Assembly: GCA_045656985.1 (NCBI GenBank)
Contig: JAZOSH010000025.1
Location: forward strand, 1 to 57,272
DNA length: 57,272 nucleotides
Direction: 5' to 3'
From: Eubacteriales bacterium
GTDB lineage: Bacteria > Bacillota > Clostridia > Oscillospirales > CAG-272
Positions 20,272 through 29,339 of this stretch are shown here, in pieces. The position numbers and the translations under genes were made by a program. Below the pieces are notes generated by a model. It ran no database searches. It was not told the DNA's origin and was given only the letters and a program-made list of their open reading frames with translations. The first letter of the stretch is position 1. Every line of letters starts with the position of its first letter.

Positions 20272-21633
20272 TTACTGCCCCGAAATATCGCGGATAAGCT
20301 CCTTGATCTCAACATTGAAAACAGGGTCTGTGAGCTTTTTTAGTATCTTCTGATAAGAAGTTATCATAGTTGAAGAATCCTTGTCAAAGAGCTTTGCAAT
20401 ATTGGGATAAGACATTTCTGTTATCTCTCTTATCAGGTAGATCGCAATGTGTCTTGCCTCTGCAATATCCTTATTTCGCTTCTGACCGAGAATATCCTCT
20501 TTCTTGATGTTGTATTTCTTATAAACCGCAGCGTAGATCTTTTCTACCGTAACGCTTATAGGCTCAGCACCGCCGAGAAGCTCGGATATACAGCCCTCTG
20601 CAAGCTCCATTGATATCTTCTTACCCGAGAGGAAGGAAAGCGCCGAAAGCTTCTTTATAGCACCTTCTATCTGTCTTATATTTGAGCGAAGATTTTCTGC
20701 CAAAAAGTTAAGTACATCATCAGGGATATTAAGAGAAACCTGCTCTGCCTTTTTCTTGATTATCGCAACGCGAAGCTCAAGATCAGGCGGCTGAATATCT
20801 GCAATAATTCCCCACTCAAAGCGGGTGTGAAGTCTCTCAACAAGCTTTTCTATATCCTTTGGCGGACGGTCTGACGAAATGATTATCTGCTTCGAATCGT
20901 CATAAAGAGCATTGAAGGTATGGAAAAATTCTTCCTGTGTTGCCTCCTTGCCCGATATAAACTGAATATCGTCAATAAGAAGAATATCGCAGTTTCTGTA
21001 TTTTTCTCTGAAAAACGGCATTGAATTGTTTGAGATGCTGCTAATAAGCTCGTTTGTAAAATCCTCACTCTTTATGTATGTTACCTTAAGATCAGGCTTT
21101 TTCTTTTTTATCTCGTTTACAACGGCGTACATAAGGTGAGTCTTACCGATACCGCTTGGACCGTAGATGAAAAGAGGATTATAATCCTTTGCATCCATCG
21201 TTGCGATAGCGGTGCACGCTGCGTGAGCAAAGCGGTTTGAGTTGCCAACTATAAAATTATCAAAGGTGTATTCAAAGTTGTAATTCTGCGGGACAACTAC
21301 CGCAGGCTTTTCTTCCTCGTCAGCTACCTCACCGATCGTTCTCTTTATGCTCTCGGTATATTCTCTCTGCTCCTCACTTACGATATAAACAAGCTTGACC
21401 TTTGTTTCAAAGCCAAAGAATTCAAAAAACTTACCCTCAAGCATAGGGATAAATTTTTCGGTTATGACCTTGAATTTTGTTATAGCATCGGTTGAAAAAG
21501 TGATGCAATCGTCCTCGTAGGAAACGATCTTGAGCTCACCAAACCAAAGATCAACAACAGTGCTTGACATATTTTCTTTGAGAGATTCTTTTATCTCTCC
21601 CCATATATTTTCAATTTCTTTGAGGTATGACAT
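20272..21633 (-). CDS. dnaA: Chromosomal replication initiator DnaA
   Basis: FDNFIVGNSN, NPLFIYGPSGIGKTHL, LLIDDIQF, RFEWG, NIRQIEGA; domain IV signature is divergent. Confidence 0.98.
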   Translation of the reverse strand: MSYLKEIENIWGEIKESLKENMSSTVVDLWFGELKIVSYEDDCITFSTDAITKFKVITEKFIPMLEGKFFEFFGFETKVKLVYIVSEEQREYTESIKRTIGEVADEEEKPAVVVPQNYNFEYTFDNFIVGNSNRFAHAACTAIATMDAKDYNPLFIYGPSGIGKTHLMYAVVNEIKKKKPDLKVTYIKSEDFTNELISSISNNSMPFFREKYRNCDILLIDDIQFISGKEATQEEFFHTFNALYDDSKQIIISSDRPPKDIEKLVERLHTRFEWGIIADIQPPDLELRVAIIKKKAEQVSLNIPDDVLNFLAENLRSNIRQIEGAIKKLSALSFLSGKKISMELAEGCISELLGGAEPISVTVEKIYAAVYKKYNIKKEDILGQKRNKDIAEARHIAIYLIREITEMSYPNIAKLFDKDSSTMITSYQKILKKLTDPVFNVEIKELIRDISGQ

Positions 21634-21907
21634 TTTGTGCCTCCATAAGATGTAAAAAATAAGCAAAACTATACAGGTTTATTATATCATATTTTAGCCT
21701 TAAATGCAAGAAAAAATGCAATATTTTCTTCAATATATAATAAATAAATACGACTTTTTTTCGCGGTCTGTCGTATGCGAAAAATGTCAAAGAAAAAAGA
21801 GAGAAAAATGAGGGCAAAAACAAGAAAAATATTGAAAAAAATATGAGGATATGATATAATAAAAAAGTTAGGGCAAGCGAGATATAGATGTGCCCCGAAA
21901 AAAATAA

Positions 21908-21984
21908 CTGCCCGTGGCACAGCTGGATAGCGCGCAAGACTCCGACTCTTGAGGTCGCAGGTTCAAATCCTGTCGGGCAGGCCA
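21908..21984 (+). tRNA. tRNA-Arg (anticodon CCG)
   Basis: Cloverleaf with acceptor CTGCCCG/CGGGCAG, anticodon loop CT-CCG-AC, T-loop TTCAAAT, encoded CCA, A20 and G73; one A-C mismatch in the D-stem. Confidence 0.92.
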
Positions 21985-22024
21985 AAAAAACACAGAGAGA
22001 ACACCGTTCTCTCTGTGTTTTTTA
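21985..22024 (+). terminator. Intrinsic terminator after the tRNA
   Basis: aaaacacagagagaac-acc-gttctctctgtgtttttt. Confidence 0.85.
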
Positions 22025-22286
22025 GTCTTACCTCATTGATGCAGAACCTCGCGAACACTTGTGACTTAAATTTTTTATATCACAAAACTCCTCTGACTGT
22101 GACATTCCCCTGCAAAAAATGATGATGGTAAAAGGAAAAATATTCATAAAAAATGAATATTTTATCAAAGCTTGACGAAATCAGTCGGATTTATCTCTCA
22201 TAAAACGGCAATTTTTTTATTTCCTGCAAGGTAAAATGAAAATGAAAAAAGCCCTTATTTTCTGGGCTCTTGGGAGGAATAAAAAA

Positions 22287-24725
22287 ATGGATGCAAACAA
22301 AAATATTTTGAGTGAAGAGCTTGAAAAAGAGCTTGAAAAAAAGGATATTTCGCTTGAAAATGAAGTGGAAATGAAAAAAACAGAGATTATTCGTTCGATA
22401 GCGCGACGAGCCGGCGAAGGGTTTTTCTACATAATAATTTCCTTCTTGCTCGGTACTGCCGAAATATTCTTTGGCGCAACACCGTTCGGTGTTGCTTTGC
22501 TGTCTGCATCGAGTCGCGGAGTTGCATATATATTCATAGGATTATGCATCGCAGCAATCGCAAGCGGAGAGAGCATAGCTGTGCTTATTGCCACATATAC
22601 CGTAATAGTTCTCATTCGTGTAATGACGCGGATAGTTATAGACAATGTTCCGCTTAAGCATAAAAAAGAGGATATAAAGGCAACACTTGGTGAGCTTTTC
22701 CCTTTGCTTTTTTCGGAAAATATCTGCTTGCGAATGGCGACCTCGTGTATAGGTGCTTTCATTATCGGACTGTACACCCTTATTGGTGGCGGATTTCTTT
22801 ATTATGACCTTTGGGGCGCAATTCTTGGTATGATAATCGCGCCTGCAGCAGTGCTTCTTTATTTCGGTATTCTTGGAGGCGAGCGAGTTTCGGAGCATGT
22901 GCGCTTCATCTCATTTTGTGCTCTGCTGGCAAGTGTTATCTTCGCTGCGCGCGAAATGAGCTTATTCGGCCTTTCACCTGCTCTCTGCGGAGCAATGGCA
23001 TACACGCTTTATTTCTGCCGTAAAAGAGGATTCATAGAGTCACTTATAGTAGGAGCTGTGGCAGGACTTGCCTATTCCCCTGTTTTAGCACCGCTTTTCG
23101 TGCTTTCGGCACTTTCTGTATTTCTTCTGAAGCGCGTCTCCTTCTTCTTTGCCTGCCTTTCGGCAGCAGTGATCGGTATCTCCTGGTCGCTCTTTGCGGT
23201 CGGTATCTCGGCGCTTACAAGTGCATTGCCGTCTATTCTTATTACCTGCCTTCTCTTCTCGGTAATAGATAAGCTCTACCTCTCAAATGAGGGCGAGAGG
23301 CTTTCAACAAGGAAAAGTGTGGCGGTATCCGCGCCTGTCTGCCGTGCGCTTGACGAGGGGGCACTTGATGCGGTGATACTTAACGATACAGAGCAAAAAA
23401 TAAAGGTGATGTGCGAGACATTTTCCTCGCTGTCTACACTTTTTTACAGTATCAGCGAGCGGATGCGCCGCCCTGCGTCACAGGATATGAAAGAGATATG
23501 TGACAGTGCCTTTGATGCTTTTTGTTGTACATGTGAGAACCGCGCCTCTTGCTGGGAGGTAGAATATGCTCATTCGCTTGCAGCCCTTGGTGCGCTTTCG
23601 TCAGCCCTTACGCAGAACGGACATGTGACGGCAGACGATATGTCAAAAAGAATGCGTGAGAGGTGTCATTCAATACCCGACATGCTGGAGCAGATAAACA
23701 GAAATGCTATGCTTCATATGCAGCAGCTTATGATAGGAGACAAGACCGAAATTTTTGCGCTTGACTATGAGGCGGTATCAGAGCTTCTTGCGGGTGCTAT
23801 GGTTGACCAACGCGATGAATATGGCGTTCTTCCCGAGCTGACGCGCGAGGTATGCAAACGCTTGAGTTCTATGTCTATAGGCATTGACGGAGCGCTTGTA
23901 TTTGGTGATATGAGAAAAAAGGCAGTTCTTCTGCGTGCCACCAAGCCCTCTGCGATATACGCGAATATTGACCTTATCCGCGCCGAGCTTGAGGAGCTTT
24001 GCGGAACGCGCCTTGAATATGTTGAGAGAAAATATGAAGAAGGGCGCGCCGAAGCACTCTTTGTAACAGCAAAAAGATATACTGTAGAGTATGTTAAAAG
24101 AAGCCTCAAGGCAGAGGGCGAAGAGGGCTTCTGCGGAGATACTATAAATATTTTTGAGAACGGACAGGACAGATTTTATTCCTTTATCAGTGACGGTATG
24201 GGCTCGGGACGAGAGGCGGCGCTGACCTCGGGAATCTGCTCGGTATTTCTCTCAAGAATACTAAATACAACGAGCAAATGCGAAGTCTCGCTGAATATGC
24301 TTAACGGCTTTCTCCGCAACAAAGGAGGCGGAAGCATGCACGAGTGCTCTGCAACGGTAGACCTTATGGAGCTTGACCTTATAACGGGCTCGGCAGAATT
24401 TTATAAGGGTGGTGCCGCGCCAAGCTATGTGTACCGCGACACAAATCTCTATAAGCTTCGCTCAAACAGTGTACCTCTTGGAATAATCAAGGAGCTTGAT
24501 ACCCGAAAGATTGCCTTTGAGCTTGCCGACGGAGATGTGGTTGTGATGGTAAGTGACGGCGTGACGCAGTCAAGAGACGAGTGCCCTTGGCTCTTTGACC
24601 TTCTGCGTGAAAATGTTGGCAAGGAAAGCCTTGCCTCTATTTCAGACGCAATCGTCAAGCGGGCGAAATACGAGGGCGCCGACGATGATATTTCGGTAGT
24701 TGTTATGAGGATATTAAAAAGGTAG
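22287..24725 (+). CDS. spoIIE: Stage II sporulation protein E (PP2C-type phosphatase, membrane N-terminus)
   Basis: About 10 TM N-terminus, Cys-containing central region, FCGD, ISDGMGSG, SATVD, MVSDGV, DDISV. Confidence 0.88.
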   Translation: MDANKNILSEELEKELEKKDISLENEVEMKKTEIIRSIARRAGEGFFYIIISFLLGTAEIFFGATPFGVALLSASSRGVAYIFIGLCIAAIASGESIAVLIATYTVIVLIRVMTRIVIDNVPLKHKKEDIKATLGELFPLLFSENICLRMATSCIGAFIIGLYTLIGGGFLYYDLWGAILGMIIAPAAVLLYFGILGGERVSEHVRFISFCALLASVIFAAREMSLFGLSPALCGAMAYTLYFCRKRGFIESLIVGAVAGLAYSPVLAPLFVLSALSVFLLKRVSFFFACLSAAVIGISWSLFAVGISALTSALPSILITCLLFSVIDKLYLSNEGERLSTRKSVAVSAPVCRALDEGALDAVILNDTEQKIKVMCETFSSLSTLFYSISERMRRPASQDMKEICDSAFDAFCCTCENRASCWEVEYAHSLAALGALSSALTQNGHVTADDMSKRMRERCHSIPDMLEQINRNAMLHMQQLMIGDKTEIFALDYEAVSELLAGAMVDQRDEYGVLPELTREVCKRLSSMSIGIDGALVFGDMRKKAVLLRATKPSAIYANIDLIRAELEELCGTRLEYVERKYEEGRAEALFVTAKRYTVEYVKRSLKAEGEEGFCGDTINIFENGQDRFYSFISDGMGSGREAALTSGICSVFLSRILNTTSKCEVSLNMLNGFLRNKGGGSMHECSATVDLMELDLITGSAEFYKGGAAPSYVYRDTNLYKLRSNSVPLGIIKELDTRKIAFELADGDVVVMVSDGVTQSRDECPWLFDLLRENVGKESLASISDAIVKRAKYEGADDDISVVVMRILKR

Positions 24726-24752
24726 AAAAAAGGGAGGCATTGCCTCCCTTTT
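24726..24752. terminator. Bidirectional terminator between spoIIE and the ceramidase-like operon
   Basis: aaaaagggaggca-t-tgcctcccttttg. Confidence 0.75.
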
Positions 24753-24761
24753 GGGTTTTAT

Positions 24762-26399
24762 TTACTGATAATTCTTATTGATCATCTCAATTATCTTTGC
24801 CTGGATTCGCTCGGCAGAGCCCTTCTCAAAGGAGCAAACAACGCTCTCGTAGCCGAGATTGTCGTAGACCTCCTCTGAAGGAATATATCCGTGGGTGCCG
24901 TTTGCGTGTGTGAGAACAAAGGTCATCTCTGCCTCGGAGCCCTCTCTTATGGCAACTCCGTTCTGGCAGAACATCTCATAGGGAGCTGATGCAAATGACA
25001 ACTCGCCCATTGAAATAGCAACAAGTCTGAAAGCACATGTCTTGGGACCGTTCTCAATACGCGAGTATGCGCCTCTTATCTGCATACATTCATATACGCT
25101 TGAAAATCCTGCTGCCTGCGCGCGTCCGTTAGCCTCACCTGCCGAAATCTGGTTGATGAGGAAGGCACTGGCTATCTCGGATGCTGCTGTTATCTTCTGC
25201 ATTTCTTCGGGAATACTGGGATCGTACTTGCAGTTTACATAGTTTACATCAAGATCTGCCATATTGTTCTTGATAAGAACATTTGACGGGATCTTTGTGA
25301 AATTTTCGTCCTTGCGGAGAGCGTTTCCAAGCATCTGTCCGAGCTGCTTGCCGTAGTTTTCGGTGTTAAGTCCGTAGTCTTCTCCCTCTATTCTTGAGGA
25401 CATAGAGGTGTTACCCGACGCGCCCTGGAAGAAGGCAAAGTCACACTTGAGAGTATTCTCAACATATTTTCTCATGTAGTAGATAAAGTCGCCCGAAAGC
25501 GCGTTATTATCCTCTATAGAGTTGGGGTGAGTTGACCAGTTTACGATTACGAGATCATTTTTGCCCTCGCGCTCAAACTTAACTATCTGCATTATGTCGT
25601 CTGCCTCGCTCTCATGTCTTACGGCAGGAAGAGGATTGTTCCACTGTGTGCCTACAAACGAGCCGTTGGCTGCGAAATAGCGTCTGACAAAGGTCATTCT
25701 TGCCATTTTTGCCGAGCCGACATAGATGTCTGTCTCCTTACAGTCTGCAATGGCTTCCTTAACGACATTCAGTATCTTCTTATAAAATTCAGGATTATAT
25801 TTGGTTCTGATAACACTCTCTCCGCTGCTGAAGAAGTCGGGAGCAGAGTGACAGTGCGTTGCCGAAATGATGACATTCTCCTCACTGATGCCGTCTATTG
25901 TAGAAAGGCGTCTCATTATATTGGAGTATGTGTAGTTAGGCTCTTCATCGGTTATATGAAGGCCGTCAACCGTTATTGTGACTGCAAGCTTGCCGTTTGC
26001 ATCCTTAAAGGCGATAGCAGTTGCATAGATGCTTGTTGACTCGTCACTTTCCTCGCTCCATCTCTGTGAGCTTCCGCCGTAGCCTGCAAGGGGAACCGAA
26101 TATGCAGGGGTGATGTCTACCTTTGCGTATCCCACCTGAAGCTTTCCGATAGTTGTGTCAACAGGCTCTGTTTCGGGCGGATCGGACTCAGCGGGAGTGG
26201 AGTCGCTCTCAACGGGGTTTGACTCGCTTTCAACGGGATCTGACTCAACGGGGTCAGACTCGCTGTCAGTGGGATCTGTGTCGCTGACAGGGGGATCCGT
26301 TACAGGATCGGTATCCTTAACGGAAGGGTCTGTGCCGCACGCTGCAAAGCAAGCCACGAGCATGCAAAGAATTAAAATAAGAGATAAAAGCTTTTTCAT
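24762..26399 (-). CDS. Neutral/alkaline ceramidase-family lipoprotein (paralog 4 in operon order)
   Basis: Lipobox FAAC, D/S/P/T/E linker, PLAGY, THCHSAP, VRRY, NWSTHP, QGASG, PYEMF, HANGTHGYIP. Confidence 0.8.
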   Translation of the reverse strand: MKKLLSLILILCMLVACFAACGTDPSVKDTDPVTDPPVSDTDPTDSESDPVESDPVESESNPVESDSTPAESDPPETEPVDTTIGKLQVGYAKVDITPAYSVPLAGYGGSSQRWSEESDESTSIYATAIAFKDANGKLAVTITVDGLHITDEEPNYTYSNIMRRLSTIDGISEENVIISATHCHSAPDFFSSGESVIRTKYNPEFYKKILNVVKEAIADCKETDIYVGSAKMARMTFVRRYFAANGSFVGTQWNNPLPAVRHESEADDIMQIVKFEREGKNDLVIVNWSTHPNSIEDNNALSGDFIYYMRKYVENTLKCDFAFFQGASGNTSMSSRIEGEDYGLNTENYGKQLGQMLGNALRKDENFTKIPSNVLIKNNMADLDVNYVNCKYDPSIPEEMQKITAASEIASAFLINQISAGEANGRAQAAGFSSVYECMQIRGAYSRIENGPKTCAFRLVAISMGELSFASAPYEMFCQNGVAIREGSEAEMTFVLTHANGTHGYIPSEEVYDNLGYESVVCSFEKGSAERIQAKIIEMINKNYQ

Positions 26400-26412
26400 T
26401 GTGTTACCTTTC

Positions 26413-27789
26413 TTACCTTACAAGGGAATTTACCATTGAAGCGCAAACACTCTCAATATCCTCCGCCGTGCCGGGCACGAAGGAGCAGGAATATACCTCA
26501 TATCCACCATTCTCAAAAACATCCTCGGTGGGAATATAACCCATTTGTCCGTTGGTGTATGCACAGATAAAGGTCATTCTGAAGGGTGAAGCCTCTTTTA
26601 TTCCTCTGCCTGTCTCGGTGAACATCTCATAAGGAGCGCATACGAAAACAGTGTCGCCTATAGATATAGCGGAAAACTCCATAGTGCGAAGAGCACCCGA
26701 CTGTGCTTTGCCGAGAACAGAGTTTATCTCATAAATGCTTGAAAATCCGAGCTCGCGAACTTCATCGGTGACCTTGCCTGCCTTATTGTATGCCTCAAGC
26801 GCTGCGCGTGCTGCATCTGCCTCGCCATCGCGAGAGTGATCTATTGTCGCGCGGTATGTTGCCTCAACAGACGATACAGAGCATTCTGTACCCATGGGAG
26901 TGAGGCTGTCAAGTCCGTCAAGAAGCGCTCTTGCAAGGCTTCTGCCGTACTGGATAGTTCCAAAATATGTATTGTCCTCTGCTATTTTTGATACGGGGTT
27001 TACATCACCTGCCGCACCCATAAGCACAGAAAGGTATGCGTCACCGTCCTTCGCTTCAACATAGTCGCGGAAGGGACCGATATAGTCGGAAGCTGCGGCA
27101 TGCCAGTTGCCACCCGATATGGTGTCGCAGTGAGCCGCCCAGTTTACCATGATAATATCCTTTGCGTTCTCTCTTACGAAGCGAATGGTCGGCATCTCTC
27201 CGTCGCTGTTTATCTCATGAGAGACATTTCCATTTTCGTCTGTTACATAGCGACGAATGAAATTAAGTCCTTCGGTCTTGATAGTTCCCGCAAGCACCTC
27301 AGTGCACACAGAAAGGTCCTTGATAGCAGATGTAGCTGCACCTATGATATTACTTATCAGCTTTTTTCTGTAAGCAAAGTCCTCAGGTGTTGTGTCAAGC
27401 GAGGAGATCTCGGGAGCGGCATGGTTGTGCGAGCAGTTAAGTGCTATATTTGCCTCTGGTACATCTGTGTACTGGGAGATCATCTTTTGCATGTAATTTG
27501 CAAAGGAAGGCTCCATTCCGTGCAGATCAAGCGCAAATATCAGGGCAATATTTCCCTCTCCGTCGCGGATCGCCGTGCAGGAGGCATAAAGATTGTCACG
27601 CGCGCTCTCGCATTTACGGGAAGATGGGTTTGCGTAGCCTGCAAGCGGTACGGGGTCGTAGGGTGTTATATCTTTTCTTGAATAGCCGACCTCCATTTTA
27701 CCTGTGGAGGAGACTTCCTCTGCCTGTGTCAGCACGAATGCCGACGCAAGCAAAAGAAGTACAAGAAGTAGAGAAATAATTTTTTTCAT
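26413..27789 (-). CDS. Neutral/alkaline ceramidase-family secreted protein (paralog 3)
   Basis: Sec signal without lipobox Cys; PLAGY, SHNHAAP, IRRY, NWAAHC, GAAGDVNP, PYEMF, YTNGQMGYIP. Confidence 0.8.
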   Translation of the reverse strand: MKKIISLLLVLLLLASAFVLTQAEEVSSTGKMEVGYSRKDITPYDPVPLAGYANPSSRKCESARDNLYASCTAIRDGEGNIALIFALDLHGMEPSFANYMQKMISQYTDVPEANIALNCSHNHAAPEISSLDTTPEDFAYRKKLISNIIGAATSAIKDLSVCTEVLAGTIKTEGLNFIRRYVTDENGNVSHEINSDGEMPTIRFVRENAKDIIMVNWAAHCDTISGGNWHAAASDYIGPFRDYVEAKDGDAYLSVLMGAAGDVNPVSKIAEDNTYFGTIQYGRSLARALLDGLDSLTPMGTECSVSSVEATYRATIDHSRDGEADAARAALEAYNKAGKVTDEVRELGFSSIYEINSVLGKAQSGALRTMEFSAISIGDTVFVCAPYEMFTETGRGIKEASPFRMTFICAYTNGQMGYIPTEDVFENGGYEVYSCSFVPGTAEDIESVCASMVNSLVR

Positions 27790-27807
27790 CGATTTTACCT
27801 CTCGGTA

Positions 27808-29319
27808 TTATTTAGCGGCAACCTCTTTGAGAATTTCAAATATCTTTGCTTCAATTATCTCGGCAGAGCCCTTTTCATAGTAGCAAGAATAGACTTCATA
27901 GCCGCCGTTATCAAATGCGTATGCCGCAGGGATGTAGCCTATCATACCGTTTGTGTAAGCGCACATAAAGGTAAGGTCAAAGAGCTCGTTGCCGGCATCC
28001 TTGATGTTTCTTCCGGTCTGTGAGAACATCTCAAAATCGGCACAAGCGAAGGCAATGTTACCGATAGAAATAACAGAAACATTACGACGCTCATATTCAC
28101 CCTTATTTGCTCTGCCCACGATATACATTACCTCGTAGATAGATGCAAAGCCGTATTCCTTCATGAGCGCTTCGGCAGTCTCATGATCGGGTTCAATATT
28201 ATTTTTCTTATCACCGTCATAAATAGATTTTACCTCAACAGCCTTATCAAGCAGATAGTCGGTGGCGTGGTTGAAAGCTACTCTTACATTTGAGGATTTC
28301 GCCTCAATATTCGCATTTATCTCAAGCTTTTCAAGATTGTCGATCTTCTCAATAAGATTAAAGGCAAGGCTTCTGCCGTACTGTGTTGTACCGTCAAAGC
28401 CCTTATAGTCGGGCATTCTTGATTTGGGGTTAACATCTCCGGTCGCACCAAGCTGCATTGAGAAGTGACAGCTAAGCTTATTTTCAACTGTTCTTCTGAA
28501 GGTGGAAACGAAGTCTGCAGAAACAAGTCCGGGATCATCGCCCGAAACAGTGTCGCAGTGTGCGGCAAAGTTTGCAAGAATTACGGGGAGAGCACCCTGT
28601 CTTACAAATTTAGCGACAGGTATCATGTAGTCTACCTCATTCTCGTAAGCAACGATTGTTTCATCACCGCCTGCGCCAACACCGTAGAGATTGCCGTTTT
28701 CGGTGAGATAACGGCGGGTGAAGTTAAAGCCCTTGAAGCTTATCTCTCCTGCATACAACTCTGTGCAGAGCGCGAGGTCGTCTATTGCCTCAAGCGCGGA
28801 ATTTACGATGCCGTTGAAGATTATGTCCTTGTAGTGTAGCTTATCAGCACCATCATAGCTAAGCGAGGGAGCAGCGTGGTTATGTGTTACATTGAGGGCG
28901 ATATGACTTTTCGGCACCTTTGTTGCCTTGGTTATTGCATTTGCTATCTCTGTTGCCTGCGCAGGAGATATAGCGTGAAGGTCAAGCGTGTAAATAAGAG
29001 CGGTTGTGCCGGTGTGATCTCTGAATGCGGTACAGGACACATATATGTCATCTCTTATACCCTCAATAGGTCTACCGTCATAGTAGCCTGCAAGCGACCA
29101 ATACTGATAGTCCTGCTCGGTAGGCGAGATGCACTCTCTGCCGTAGCCGACATAGAGCGCGTTCTCGGGATCGGGAGTGACAGGAGTGTCGCTCACGGGA
29201 TCGGAGTCAACAGGATCTGTTACAGGATCTGTGTCAGAGGGAGTGTTTCCACTGTCGCACGCAACGAGTGCTGCCGACAGCATACAAAGTATTAAAAGAA
29301 TTGACAAAAATTTTTTCAT
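27808..29319 (-). CDS. Neutral/alkaline ceramidase-family lipoprotein (paralog 2)
   Basis: Lipobox LVAC; SLAGY, THNHAAP, TRRY, NFAAHC, GATGDVNP, DFEMF, YTNGMIGYIP. Confidence 0.8.
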   Translation of the reverse strand: MKKFLSILLILCMLSAALVACDSGNTPSDTDPVTDPVDSDPVSDTPVTPDPENALYVGYGRECISPTEQDYQYWSLAGYYDGRPIEGIRDDIYVSCTAFRDHTGTTALIYTLDLHAISPAQATEIANAITKATKVPKSHIALNVTHNHAAPSLSYDGADKLHYKDIIFNGIVNSALEAIDDLALCTELYAGEISFKGFNFTRRYLTENGNLYGVGAGGDETIVAYENEVDYMIPVAKFVRQGALPVILANFAAHCDTVSGDDPGLVSADFVSTFRRTVENKLSCHFSMQLGATGDVNPKSRMPDYKGFDGTTQYGRSLAFNLIEKIDNLEKLEINANIEAKSSNVRVAFNHATDYLLDKAVEVKSIYDGDKKNNIEPDHETAEALMKEYGFASIYEVMYIVGRANKGEYERRNVSVISIGNIAFACADFEMFSQTGRNIKDAGNELFDLTFMCAYTNGMIGYIPAAYAFDNGGYEVYSCYYEKGSAEIIEAKIFEILKEVAAK

Positions 29320-29339
29320 GGTGTATCTCCTTTTCTATT

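Noticed and set aside
21908-21984. Possible CGG codon reassignment signalled by an unusual tRNA(CCG) (C1-G72, A-C mismatch in the D-stem, A37)
   Set aside because: The tRNA keeps the Arg identity elements A20 and G73, and the CGG codon I checked (rlmH KRAAD) fits Arg. A genome-wide codon test would be needed to claim otherwise.
22173-22179. Spo0A box (TGACGAA) upstream of spoIIE
   Set aside because: A single 7-mer is plausible given known spoIIE regulation, but statistically too weak to report as a feature.
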